Translations under genes and position numbers: made by a program
Assembly: GCA_963841915.1 (NCBI GenBank)
Contig: CAWJEN010000006.1
Span: 416,001 to 480,000, forward strand
DNA from: an uncultured Planctomycetota bacterium
GTDB lineage: Bacteria; Planctomycetota; Phycisphaerae; Tepidisphaerales; Tepidisphaeraceae
Direction: 5' to 3'
DNA length: 64,000 nt
Shown here: positions 1 to 10,344 of the stretch, in pieces
Layout: each line of letters starts with the position of its first letter
Numbering within the stretch: position 1 is the first letter of the stretch
The notes under the pieces: model-generated
The model's input: the letters and a program-made list of their open reading frames with translations, nothing else
What the model was told of the DNA's origin: nothing
Databases searched by the model: none

Positions 1-425
1 CCGTCAAGCTCAGCCGTCCCGAAGCCCTCGAGGCGCTCGGGAGGAACAAGATGATGGCCCACCTCATTAACGCCCTCAAAGACAACAAGGACATCGGCCA
101 CTACGGCCGGTTCACGTTTGCCAGCATCGCCAGGCACTTCATGGAGCCCGAGGAGCTGGCCAGGTACCTCGCCAAGGACGAAGACGAAGCGCTCGAAGAC
201 GCAGCGGCCCTCGTGCATCAGGTCAACGACGCCGACTACAGCCCGCCCGGACCGGCCAAGATCCGCAAGTGGAACAAGGAGCAGGAGTTCCCCATCCTGC
301 CGCCAGAGCACCAGACGAGCGACGATGCCAACGTCTACCAGGATCTCGACTTCCCGAGCGACGTGTACGACAAGATCAACGCCTACCACCGCGAGCAGGC
401 GTCGGCCGAGTACGACATGGCGTAA
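1..425 (+). CDS. Hypothetical helical protein, 5'-truncated by the window; resembles the PriL C-terminal/PriX-like domain
   Basis: Frame is open from the window edge (VKLSRPEALEALGRNKMMAHL...); motifs HYGRFTF and DYSPP; host-like codon usage. Confidence 0.6.
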   Translation, partial: VKLSRPEALEALGRNKMMAHLINALKDNKDIGHYGRFTFASIARHFMEPEELARYLAKDEDEALEDAAALVHQVNDADYSPPGPAKIRKWNKEQEFPILPPEHQTSDDANVYQDLDFPSDVYDKINAYHREQASAEYDMA

Positions 426-522
426 CCCGCGACCGTCCTCGGCCAAGCTACTTCAGTGGCTTGGCCGATGACAGCATCATTCAGACGTTGACGCCCATGG
501 CCCGCACCGTCACGGTGCGGCC

Positions 523-1071
523 ATGAAGGACAGCATGAAAGAAACCGCCAAAGCCGGCAGCAAAACAGCAGCCGCGGGCGGAGCAATGTTGGTCTTGTCG
601 TTCATCGGTGCCGGCGGGGCGTTCGTCGGGTTTGGCACGTTCCTGCCCGAAGGCATGCCGCGACGCGTTGTGGTCTGCGTGCTCGGGTTTGTCTTTGCGG
701 CGTTGTTCGTGGCGATGCTCGTCTCGCGATTACTGAGCCTGTTCCGCGGCAACGACCGGTTCTGGACAGAGATCGCGCTGGCGACGTTCAACGTCGCGCT
801 GCTGCTCGTCTGCTTTGCGGCGATCTATCGCGTCCTCGGCATCGAAGACGTCAGCGGCAGCGACGGGCCCAAGCTCACCAAGCATTTCGGCGATTGCCTG
901 TACTACAGCGTCGTGACGTTCACGACGCTGGGTTACGGTGATTTTCAGCCGTTCGGTGCCGCCCGCGTCATGGCGGCGTTGCAGGCGTTTCTCGGCTACA
1001 TCGTGCTCGGCATCACCGCCAGCAGCGGCGCGTCGATCATCCAGAACGTGGCCGACAAGAAGGACGACTGA
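523..1071 (+). CDS. Small potassium channel family protein (Ion_trans_2)
   Basis: Pore helix and filter YYSVVTFTTLGYGD flanked by TM helices. Confidence 0.85.
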   Translation: MKDSMKETAKAGSKTAAAGGAMLVLSFIGAGGAFVGFGTFLPEGMPRRVVVCVLGFVFAALFVAMLVSRLLSLFRGNDRFWTEIALATFNVALLLVCFAAIYRVLGIEDVSGSDGPKLTKHFGDCLYYSVVTFTTLGYGDFQPFGAARVMAALQAFLGYIVLGITASSGASIIQNVADKKDD

Positions 1072-1103
1072 GTCGGTCGCCCGTCGCGCTACGCTGCCGG
1101 TTC

Positions 1104-2171
1104 ATGCGGATTCTGATGACAACCGATTGCGTCGGCGGCGTCTGGTCGTACGCGACGACGCTGAGCGACGCACTCGTCGAGCGCGGCATCGACGTGACGC
1201 TGGCCGTCACCGGCGGGCCGCTGTCGCTGGCACAACGGCGGCAGGCGTCGCGGGTCGATCTGCGGCATCGGCCCCTGAAGTGCGAGTGGATGCAACCGCC
1301 GCTCGAAGACGTGGCCGAGGCCGGCGCGTGGCTTGCCGGACTGGCCAAGGACCTCAAGCCGGACCTGGTGCATCTCAACGATTTTGCCCACGGCAAGCGA
1401 GACTTCGGTACGGCGGCGAAAGTTGTCGTGGCGCATTCCGACGTCTACTCGTGGCACGCGGCGGTGCAGGGCCAATCGCCCGGCGAGGCGTGGGAGCCGT
1501 ACCGGGTGGCGGTGCTGGCCGGGCTCAAGGGGGCAGACGCGGTCGTCGCGCCGACGCAGGCAGTGCTCGACGGCATGACAGCCGCATTGGGCAAGTTCAA
1601 CGCGGCGTCGGGCGTCGTGATTCCGAACGCGGTGGCCGAATTCGAAGCGTCCGCCGATCGGGAGCCGTTCATCCTGACGGCCGGGCGAGTGTGGGACGAG
1701 GCCAAGAACGTGAAGCTGCTGGCCGAGGCGGCGGCGTCGGTGTCGTGGCCGGTAAAGGTCGCCGGTGACGCGTCGCACCCTGACGGCGGGGCGGCGGCGT
1801 TCGAGCAGGTCGAACTGCTCGGGCCGATGCCGAACGCCAAGCTCCGCGCGCTCATGGCGTCGGCCGGTTTGTATGTTTTACCGGCGAAATACGAGCCGTT
1901 CGGCCTGTCGGCGGTCGAGGCGGGACTGGCCGGTTGCCCGCTGGTGCTCGGCGACATCGCCAGCCTCCGCGACGTCTGGGGCGACGCGGCAACCTTCGTT
2001 CCGACCGACGACGCGGAAGTGCTTGGCCAAACGCTGCAGCGGCTGATCGCCTCGGACGACGAGCGTCAGCGACTTGGACAGGCGGCGCGGGAGCGGGCGC
2101 AGACCTTCACCGTGGAGCGTCAGGTGACGTCGTACCTCGAGCTGTATCGCAAGCTCGTGCAGGCGGCGTGA
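1104..2171 (+). CDS. Glycosyltransferase family 4 (GT-B)
   Basis: MRILMTTDCVGGV start; EPFGLSAVEA (ExFGxxxxE) motif. Confidence 0.9.
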   Translation: MRILMTTDCVGGVWSYATTLSDALVERGIDVTLAVTGGPLSLAQRRQASRVDLRHRPLKCEWMQPPLEDVAEAGAWLAGLAKDLKPDLVHLNDFAHGKRDFGTAAKVVVAHSDVYSWHAAVQGQSPGEAWEPYRVAVLAGLKGADAVVAPTQAVLDGMTAALGKFNAASGVVIPNAVAEFEASADREPFILTAGRVWDEAKNVKLLAEAAASVSWPVKVAGDASHPDGGAAAFEQVELLGPMPNAKLRALMASAGLYVLPAKYEPFGLSAVEAGLAGCPLVLGDIASLRDVWGDAATFVPTDDAEVLGQTLQRLIASDDERQRLGQAARERAQTFTVERQVTSYLELYRKLVQAA

Positions 2172-2177
2172 GCACGA

Positions 2178-2681
2178 TCAGGCCTGAACCAGTTGCGCTT
2201 CGACCGGGACCGTCCTGGCCTCCTGGAGCAGTCGAATGCCCGACCAGGTGCCGAAGATGGCCGCCAGCAGGCTCAGCAGCGCCAGGCCGAAGCCGGCAAT
2301 GTACCAGTAGACGACGACGCCTGCGTTGATCGATGCCGCCAGCAGCAAGACGACGGCGGCGACGCGTAGCCAAAGTGGCTTGCCCGTGCTCAGCAGAATC
2401 GCGCCTTCGACAGCCGAGGCGACGGCAAATGCGGTGATGCCGAGGTCGGACCAGAACCAGGAGGTCGACAGATACGAAGCGGTCGAGCCGTCCGGATTGA
2501 GGAACGGGTTGAAGTTCGTGCCGAACAGCTGGCTCGCCAGCCACGTCCATAGCCGCGGTTCCATCAGCGTCAGCACGCCAGCGACGATGAGGGCGACGAT
2601 GGCCGTCGTCTTACGGTTCGAATCGACGAGGTCGAGTCGCGGGTCGCGGTAGAGCGGCGTCGGTGGCGGGCTTTGGCTCAC
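2178..2681 (-). CDS. Hypothetical membrane protein (about 4 TM helices)
   Basis: 167-aa hydrophobic ORF; GTG start preceded by TATGCT box. Confidence 0.6.
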   Translation of the reverse strand: MSQSPPPTPLYRDPRLDLVDSNRKTTAIVALIVAGVLTLMEPRLWTWLASQLFGTNFNPFLNPDGSTASYLSTSWFWSDLGITAFAVASAVEGAILLSTGKPLWLRVAAVVLLLAASINAGVVVYWYIAGFGLALLSLLAAIFGTWSGIRLLQEARTVPVEAQLVQA

Positions 2682-2728
2682 GGCCGCAGCATACCGACTG
2701 AGCTGTGCGGTTGCGGTACGCTCGCCAC

Positions 2729-3703
2729 ATGCAAGCCATCCGCGTCCACGCCTTCGGCGATCTCGAGTCGGTCGATCTGCGCGTCGACGAGATCCCCGAC
2801 CCCACGCCCGGCGAGGACGAGGTGCTCGTCGAGGTCCACGCGATCGGCATCAATCCTGTCGATACCTATGTCGCGTCGGGGACATACGCGACAAAGCCGG
2901 AGTTGCCGTACGTGCCCGGTGCCGACGCGGCCGGCGTGGTGGCGGCGGTCGGGCCGGGCGTGGTGGCATACAGCGAGGGTGACCGCGTCTTCGTCGCCGG
3001 GTCGAGCGGGCCGAACCTGCAGGGCTGCTACGCCGAAACCGTCGTGTCGCCGATGCAACGCGTGCGGCCACTGACCGATCATCTCTCGTTCGAGCAAGGA
3101 GCGGCGTTGAATGTCGCGTATGTCACGGCCTTTCGAGCATTGATTGATGTCGCCCACGTGCGGCCGGGTGAGACGGTGCTCGTCCACGGCGCGACCGGCG
3201 GTGTCGGGCTTGCCGCCGTGCAGATCGCACTGGGCCACAAGCTCAAGGTCTGGGCGACCGGCGGGAGCGACGAGGGCAGAAAGATGCTCGTCGAGCAGGG
3301 CGTGCCGCGTGATCATGTGCTCGACCACCACGCGGCCGACCATCTGGACGCACTGCCCGACGACGGCGTCAACGTGATCATCGAACTGTCGGCCGACGTG
3401 AACCTGGCGATCGATCTGCCCAAGCTCAGTAAAAATGGTCGCGTTGTCGTCGTCGGCAATCGGGGCGACGCGACCATCAACGCGCGATACCTCATGGGCA
3501 CGCAGTCGTCGATCGTCGGCATGAATTACTGGTCGGGCGGCGACGCGGCGATCAGCCGGGCGCTCGACGCGATCGTCTCAGGCTGCGAGGCCGGTGACCT
3601 GCGGCCGATCATTCAGGCGTCGCTGCCGATGACACAGTGCCGAGAGGCGTGGCAGCTTGTCATGAAGTCGGGCAGCGGTGGCAAGATCGTGCTCGTGCCC
3701 TGA
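2729..3703 (+). CDS. qor: NADPH:quinone reductase (zeta-crystallin/MDR family)
   Basis: GINPVD, PYVPGADAAG, VHGATGGVG and terminal GKIVL motifs. Confidence 0.85.
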   Translation: MQAIRVHAFGDLESVDLRVDEIPDPTPGEDEVLVEVHAIGINPVDTYVASGTYATKPELPYVPGADAAGVVAAVGPGVVAYSEGDRVFVAGSSGPNLQGCYAETVVSPMQRVRPLTDHLSFEQGAALNVAYVTAFRALIDVAHVRPGETVLVHGATGGVGLAAVQIALGHKLKVWATGGSDEGRKMLVEQGVPRDHVLDHHAADHLDALPDDGVNVIIELSADVNLAIDLPKLSKNGRVVVVGNRGDATINARYLMGTQSSIVGMNYWSGGDAAISRALDAIVSGCEAGDLRPIIQASLPMTQCREAWQLVMKSGSGGKIVLVP

Positions 3704-4136
3704 GCACTGCGTGGCTCACGCCGCCTTGCGGCGGTCACAAGCGGCGGCAAGATGCACAAGCCGTGCGACGCATCGGCCGGCGTCCTGATCATCGGCGGCG
3801 TCGGCGAGTCGGCCGGCGGCGAGCGTGATGCCGGCGTCGCCTGTTTGCCCCGCGTAGTCCCGCGACAAAGCGCCCAAAAGTGACAACCGGCCCGTCTTAA
3901 GTGCGTGGGCCATCAGGCTCATGTTGTCGTCGCCGATCTTCATGCGGGACGTGTTTCGGCTGGCCTGTTCCTGGGCAACGGTCGCAAGTCGAGTCATAGC
4001 CGATCCATCGACCGCCACCACCGGCTCTCATGCGTGGCGCGGCGGGTCTCATAAGGTCGCAACGTCCGCTAAGCTGGCACCTTGCCACCACAGGTGCGAC
4101 GGCCGTCAATCTGTGGCATAGTGATGTAAACAACGC

Positions 4137-7100
4137 ATGGTCGCCGACGGCGTGTGGAGCGCGTGGGGGAGGACCATCCGGCAGCCAGACTTTCAGGTGA
4201 CAGAAGAAGCTTCTCAATCGACAACCTCCGCTCGGCGGGCTGACAAGCCGCGCAACGTGCGCAAGCGGCTCACGATCATTGGCGTGATCATCCTCGCGCT
4301 GGTCGTTGCCGCAGGTGCGCTCGTGCTCGTCCGCTCCCAGCGACGTGAGGCGGCTATGGAGGCCAGCCGTGTCGAGGGGTTGCAGCTACTGGCCGATGAG
4401 GATTACGAGCGGGCGCGTGTCAAGATCGGGCCGTACGTCAACTACGTCGAGCGGAGCGACCCGGTCACGCTGTTCGCTTACGCCCGGGCGACCGAAGAGG
4501 TCGAGCAGCCGCGAAACAAGCACCTCAACGAAGCCGTCGCATTTTATCGCGACTACCTCGACCGATTCCCGCAAGGACCCGACGCCCCTGAGGCCCAGCG
4601 ACGCGTCGCTCAGCTCTATGGCAAGCTTGGTGCGTGGGAGGAACTGCTGCAGGCGACGAGCGACCTGGAATCAGCACGCGTCGGCGAGGACGCGACGGAC
4701 GGCACCCTCGAACGCTTGCGGCTGCGCGGATTGGCACTGGCGGTCGAGGGGCAGCTCACAGAGGCGCAGTCTGTACTTGATGCGTACCTGGCCCGTCGCC
4801 CGCTCGACGCCGACGCGCAGATCATGGCGCTGAGTCTCGAGCGGGCGACGAGCCGCGGCGACGAAGGTCAGGCCGCAGCCGATCTCCGTGTGGCCGACCT
4901 TGTCGAACAGTTTGGCGACGGTGACGCCCGCATCAAGATCGTCCAAGCCGCCGACGCGAGCTTGCGAAACGAGCCCGAGCAGGCCCAGCAGCTCGCCCGT
5001 GAAGCGGCGCAAACTATTTTGGGCGACGGCCTTGCCGACGAGCCGCAGAACGACATCACCGACCGCCTCGTGCGTCGCTTCGTCAACATTCTTGACGGAT
5101 CGAGCCAGGCGACACTGGCGACGGATGTCGTCGCGTCGCTGGCCGGGCAACTGGGTGACGACAGCGTCCGCCTCATCGCAGCCAACCGGCTCGCCCGGGC
5201 GGGGCGACTTGATGCGTTGCTCCAATTGACCGAGAACCTGACGGATCGTGCGCCGGGCGAGTTGTTGGGCCTTCGCGCGATCGCTTTTGTCGAACAGGGC
5301 GACGCCGCGGCGTTGGCTGGTGCGCGTCAGGCGTTGCTCGACCGACCGGCCGAATCGTCGGCACGGGCGTGGGAGGCGATCCTCGACAGTTGGCAGGTGC
5401 CCTCCGCCCGGCTTGCGCCATTGGCCCTGGTTGCGGCGACCGATCCGGTCGAGACGTCGCCCGAGAAGCGGCTTGCCGCCGCAGAGGCGGCGTTGACCAT
5501 TTACAGTCACCCCTACTTCGAACAGCTCAAGGCCGAGGCCTTACTCGACGCAGGCGAAGCGACACCTGCGATGGTGTGGGCAGAGCGTGCGTCGTCGGCT
5601 CGAGACGGCCGTGGCCCGTGGCAGCGGTCGCTGATGTCCATCGCCCTCGCCGCCGCCACTGCCGGAGAGGCCCAAGTGGCCTCGTCAGCGATGCAGGCGA
5701 TCCGGACGGTCTTCCCCGAAGACGCCACCGCCGCAGCCGGCGTCGCGATGCTCCTTGCTGCTGCCGGCAACGGTGAGGAAGCTGCATCCATTCTCGAGGC
5801 GGCAGATCAGCGTGACGTCCTGGTGAGCTTCACGCAGGCGATCTTGAACGGGTCACCGCTACCTGAGGCGACGGCCACGCTGCCGCCACGCCTTGTGCTG
5901 GCCGGTGTGGTGCTGGCGGGTGAGCGTCAGGCCGAGACGGCAGAGCGACTCGTCGAACAACTCGAGGCCATGGCCTCGGCAACGCCTGTGCAACAGCAGA
6001 CGGCCCGGGCGATTCTCAATGTGCTGCAGAAGAATGACGCGTCGTTCAGTGTGCTGTGTGCCGACGGCGCCTCGGCTATCCCGGCGAGACTGACATTGCT
6101 GGCCGCGCAGGATCGGCCGGCGGCGACGGAACTGGCACAACAGGTCGCCGGCTCGGCGTCGCCCTCCCTGGCGGCCGGTCGCGTCATCTGGTCGAGCAGC
6201 GTGCTGGACGCGACGGACGAGGCACAGTGGAAGCTGCTCCGCAAGCTCACTGCCGCCATGGAAGAGGCACTTGCGGACAATGCGGTCGAGTGGACCGTGC
6301 GGCTGGCGCGACTCGACCTGAACAGGCCGTCGGGCACTGCCGACGACGCGACCATGCGCGACCATGCGCTGGCCCTTGGTCGCGTGATGCGCCTGTACCC
6401 GCGGCATCGGCAGGGGCGGCTCACCCTGATCGGTGTGCTCGAACGCCTCGGTCTCGACGATCAGGTGCAAGAACAGCTCGAAGCCGGTGTCGCAGCCCTG
6501 CCTAACGACGTCTCCATGCGGCTCGAATTGGCGGCCATGCAGATCCGTGGCGGCGGTGATGCAGGTGACCAATTGCGCATCCTGGAAGCAAACGCCACCC
6601 GACTGCGGCCGGCTGAGCGGCGACGACTGGCCGAACTATTCGAAGCCGTCGGCGACGACCGTCGCGCGTTGGCGGTGCTTGGTGACGACGATGACGCTGC
6701 CGGTAAGCGATTCCAACTCGGCCTGCGCGAGGGGACCATCAGCGACGCCGACATCCAAGCGGCGACTCAGTCGACCGACCCGACCATTCTTCGTCTCGCC
6801 GCTGAGCAACTGGCCCGCCAAGGCAACGCCGAAGAAGCTCTGGCAGCGGTTGATCGCCTCGGCACCGACGGCGGCCTTGACCAAGCGGCGGTGACGGAGG
6901 TCCGCGTCGTGACCCTGGCGCTGCTCGGGCAACAGGACAAAGCCCTCGCAACCACCGATGCCGCTATCGAAAACGCGCCAACCAACGTCGAGCTGCGCCG
7001 GCTGCAGGCCGTCATCTTGCTGTCGCAGAACAACCTTGCCGAGGCGTCGGCGTCGGCTAAGGCGTCGGCCCAGGTGACCGATGGTGAGGCGAAGGAGAAG

Positions 7101-8516
7101 TTTCAAGCGTTCGGCGACGCCTTGTCGGCGGCCATGCAGGCGGCCGGTGACGCACCACCGAGTGATGCACTCGTGCTGGCGCCCGAGATTTTGTCGGCCC
7201 CGTCGGCCGAGGCTGCCAAAGCCGTGTCGGACGTGGTGGTGTTGCTGGCGCGCACGGCGCAGCAGCAGCAGGGCGAGCCGACGCGTGAGGTGGCCAAGTC
7301 GATCTTGAGCGACATGACCGCCGCAGCCGACAAGGCGACCCACTCCCAGATGTTGCAGAAGGTGGCGATCCGGACCGCTCTTGCCGCCGGTGAAGGCGAC
7401 GTGGCGGTCGAGCGGGCTCGGGCGCTGGTTCAGGCAGATCGGCGGGATCCCGAGGCGACCCGTCTGCTCGTCGATGCCGAGGCCATTTCTGGCAACAACG
7501 AAGCGGCTTTGGAAGCGGTCAATCAGTGGCGTGACCGCCTGTCTCGCCAGGATGCCGACGCGACAACGTTCGTGCTGGTCGACGTGACGGCGGCGCGGCT
7601 GGAACTGGCATTGGATCGGCCGGCACGGGCGGTGACCCTGTTGCGGCCGCACGCGTCAGATCCCGACGCGGCTCCGGCCCTCTTGCTCCTCGATGCCCAG
7701 GCACGGTCGGCCACCGGAGACTACCGCGGCGCGCTGGCGACGCTCGGTGGCAAGAATGCACCGGCCCCCGACACGCCGCTGCGGGCGGCGTGGCTGACGG
7801 CGGCCATTCAGGCGGCGGTCGAGGGGGACCGAGACGCATTGTCCGCCCTGGCGGCTACGGGCTCAGAAGCGGCCGGGCGTGACGACGTCCGCGAGCTGCT
7901 GTCCACGGGTCAGGCACTGGCAGCCGTTCTGGCCAAACGACCCGACGACACGATTAAGGCCTCATTGACGCAGGTGGTCCAGCAGCTCGCCGCGCAACCG
8001 GCGACAGACGACTCAGGCCGCCTTAGTGAGCAGGTCGGCATGCTCGCCGGCTCAACCGGTGATGACGCTCTGGCCGAGCAGGCCTACCGAACCGCCCTGG
8101 CCGCCCGGCAGGATCTGCCCATCGCGCGGAACAACCTGGCCATGCTCTTGATCGGTCAGGATGAGTCGGCCGCGAAGCAGGAAGCGCTGAATCTGGTCGA
8201 TCCGCTGCTGAGCCGAGCCGATGTCCGCCAATCACCCGCCTACGCGGCCATCCTCGACACGCGGGCAAGCATTGCTGTCGCCATGGGCGATTTGGCGGCT
8301 GCGGTGACATTCATCGACTCGGCCATCGAAGAACAGCCGGATGAACCCGAATGGCACATCCACAAGGCAGAGGTGCTGGCCGAACAGGGCGACGCATCCG
8401 CAAGCCGCCAGGCGCTGCGTCAGGCAGATCGCGTCTCGAATGCGGCCTTGGACCGCAAGCTGCAACGTCGCGTCGATGACCTACGCATGAGGCTCGACGC
8501 ACCCGCCGAGGAATAA
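4137..8516 (+). CDS. Very large TPR/helical-repeat protein with N-terminal membrane anchor (start may be GTG at 4197)
   Basis: 1459-aa Ala/Leu-rich ORF; TM IIGVIILALVVAAGALVLV; C-terminal TPRs ARNNLAMLL...ILDTRA. Confidence 0.8.
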   Translation: MVADGVWSAWGRTIRQPDFQVTEEASQSTTSARRADKPRNVRKRLTIIGVIILALVVAAGALVLVRSQRREAAMEASRVEGLQLLADEDYERARVKIGPYVNYVERSDPVTLFAYARATEEVEQPRNKHLNEAVAFYRDYLDRFPQGPDAPEAQRRVAQLYGKLGAWEELLQATSDLESARVGEDATDGTLERLRLRGLALAVEGQLTEAQSVLDAYLARRPLDADAQIMALSLERATSRGDEGQAAADLRVADLVEQFGDGDARIKIVQAADASLRNEPEQAQQLAREAAQTILGDGLADEPQNDITDRLVRRFVNILDGSSQATLATDVVASLAGQLGDDSVRLIAANRLARAGRLDALLQLTENLTDRAPGELLGLRAIAFVEQGDAAALAGARQALLDRPAESSARAWEAILDSWQVPSARLAPLALVAATDPVETSPEKRLAAAEAALTIYSHPYFEQLKAEALLDAGEATPAMVWAERASSARDGRGPWQRSLMSIALAAATAGEAQVASSAMQAIRTVFPEDATAAAGVAMLLAAAGNGEEAASILEAADQRDVLVSFTQAILNGSPLPEATATLPPRLVLAGVVLAGERQAETAERLVEQLEAMASATPVQQQTARAILNVLQKNDASFSVLCADGASAIPARLTLLAAQDRPAATELAQQVAGSASPSLAAGRVIWSSSVLDATDEAQWKLLRKLTAAMEEALADNAVEWTVRLARLDLNRPSGTADDATMRDHALALGRVMRLYPRHRQGRLTLIGVLERLGLDDQVQEQLEAGVAALPNDVSMRLELAAMQIRGGGDAGDQLRILEANATRLRPAERRRLAELFEAVGDDRRALAVLGDDDDAAGKRFQLGLREGTISDADIQAATQSTDPTILRLAAEQLARQGNAEEALAAVDRLGTDGGLDQAAVTEVRVVTLALLGQQDKALATTDAAIENAPTNVELRRLQAVILLSQNNLAEASASAKASAQVTDGEAKEKFQAFGDALSAAMQAAGDAPPSDALVLAPEILSAPSAEAAKAVSDVVVLLARTAQQQQGEPTREVAKSILSDMTAAADKATHSQMLQKVAIRTALAAGEGDVAVERARALVQADRRDPEATRLLVDAEAISGNNEAALEAVNQWRDRLSRQDADATTFVLVDVTAARLELALDRPARAVTLLRPHASDPDAAPALLLLDAQARSATGDYRGALATLGGKNAPAPDTPLRAAWLTAAIQAAVEGDRDALSALAATGSEAAGRDDVRELLSTGQALAAVLAKRPDDTIKASLTQVVQQLAAQPATDDSGRLSEQVGMLAGSTGDDALAEQAYRTALAARQDLPIARNNLAMLLIGQDESAAKQEALNLVDPLLSRADVRQSPAYAAILDTRASIAVAMGDLAAAVTFIDSAIEEQPDEPEWHIHKAEVLAEQGDASASRQALRQADRVSNAALDRKLQRRVDDLRMRLDAPAEE

Positions 8517-8552
8517 AGCGAGGTCGGCTCAGTCGCCGCAAGAAGCACCAGC

Positions 8553-10231
8553 TTACGCCTGCAGGCGGTCGCGAAGGTAGCTCTTGAGCTGGTCGACGTG
8601 GACCTTTTCCTGCTGCATCGAATCGCGATGCCGGACGGTGACGGTGTCGCCTGAGATGGTGTCGCCGTCGATCGTGACGCAGAAGGGCGTGCCGACTTCG
8701 TCCTGGCGGCGGTAGCGACGGCCGACGGCTCCGCCGGCGTCGTAGGTGGCGGTCATCTCCGTCCGCAGGTCGTCGTAGATGGCGATGGCCTTTTCGGGCA
8801 TGCCGTCCTTCTTGACGAGCGGGAAGACCGCCACCTTCGTCGGCGCCAGGTGCGGGGCGAACTTGAGGACGGTCCGCTTGTCGCCGTCGACTTCTTCTTC
8901 GGTGTAGGCCTCGCACAGGACGACCAGCACCGCCCGCGTCAGGCCGCTGGCGGGTTCGATGACGTGCGGGATGAACTTCTCCTTCGTCGCCTCGTCGAAG
9001 TACTCCATCTTCTGGCCCGAGTGCTCCTGGTGGGCCGACAGGTCGAAGTTGGAGCGGTGGGCGATGCCTTCGAGTTCGCCGTAGTCGGGGGCGGTGAAGG
9101 GGTACTGGTACTCGATGTCGACGGTGCCGACGCCGTTCTTGGCGTAGTGGGACAGCTCGTCCTTCTCGTGATCGCGGAAGCGGAGCTTGCCCTCGCCAAC
9201 GCCGAGCGACCGCCACCACTTCATGCGCTCTTCCTTCCAGAAGTCGTACCACTTTTGAGTTTCGGACTCGTGGCAGAACCACTCCATCTCCATCTGCTCG
9301 AACTCGCGTGAGCGGAAGATGAAGTTGCGCGGCGTGACCTCGTTGCGGAACGACTTGCCGATCTGGGCGATGCCGAAGGGCACCTTGACCCGCATCGTGT
9401 CGAGGACGTTCTTGTAGTTGAGGAAGATGCCCTGCGCCGTCTCGGGGCGGAGGTAGGCCTTGCTGTCCTCGGTCGCGAGGGCACCGACCTGCGTCTGGAA
9501 CATCAGGTTGAATGCCCAGGTCAGTGAGTGAACCTGCCTTACCAGTGAACGGAGAGGGCACTGTCTCGGGACTCTGCTCGAGTTGCTTCGAATCGACAAC
9601 CGAAGCATGGAACTTTTCCTTTCCATTCCTCGCGGTCGACCTCGTAATGGCGAGTACCAACCTTCGTTCATCAACAACTGAGAATGATCTCACGCCACAC
9701 ACTTGTTCTGAGCTTCTTATCCGAGACAAGCAGACCAGCCGCTTCGCCTTCGGATGAGGCAACGATCAGTGAACGACCGGCGATCGACGTCCAGGAAGTC
9801 TCACCTTCAACCAGCGATCCTTGCTTGTTCTAAGCCGCTAGTCGTTCTAAAAACCTCACCTCCGCTCTCCGGCCAGAAGACCGATGAGGTGATCTCGCAC
9901 GAAATCGCTCTTCGTCTCACGGTCAGTCGACCATCGGGTCGCTGAACCCGCCGACGTGGCCGCTGGCGACCCAGGTCTTGGGGTTCTGGATGATCGAGCT
10001 GTCGAGGCCGACGATGCTGACGGGCGGCCGTCGGGGCCGATGGGCGGACTATTCGACGGTTTGCTTCCACCACGAGTCGCGGATGTTGTTCTTGAGCTGC
10101 ACGCCCAGCGGGCCGTAGTCCCAGAAGCCGTTGATGCCGCCGTAGATCTCGCTGGCGGGGTAGACGAATCCGCGTCGCTTGCACAGCGAGACAAGGGCTT
10201 CCATCGAGACGGCAGAGGCGGTGGCAGACAT
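8553..10231 (-). CDS. glyQS: Glycine--tRNA ligase (alpha2 type); reading frame broken by several indels between about 9515 and 10051 as assembled
   Basis: N-term [17 protein letters not shown]...[22 protein letters not shown] in another frame; C-term [28 protein letters not shown] and anticodon domain [14 protein letters not shown]. Confidence 0.9.
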
Positions 10232-10283
10232 GGGCAGGCAGCCTAGGGCGGCGGAGGATGGCTTGCGGAGTGGCAGTTCACGC

Positions 10284-10322
10284 AAGAAAAAGCGGCCACA
10301 ACGAACACCGTTGCGGCCGCTT
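10284..10322 (-). terminator. Rho-independent terminator after rpsT
   Basis: Minus strand AAGCGGCCGCAACG-loop-CGTTGTGGCCGCTT followed by a T-run. Confidence 0.8.
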
Positions 10323-10344
10323 CAAATTCTTGATCAAAGATCAC

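Noticed and set aside
3716..3943. Possible 75-aa minus-strand ORF (MKIGDDNMSL...)
   Set aside because: No recognisable motif or clear initiation signal. It may be real but cannot be supported from the sequence.
9510..9900. Intein, intron or IS inside glyQS
   Set aside because: No intein C/S...HN ends, endonuclease, RT or transposase ORF and no terminal repeats. The length and bounding motifs (RADH...PSPFTG) fit the native insertion domain.
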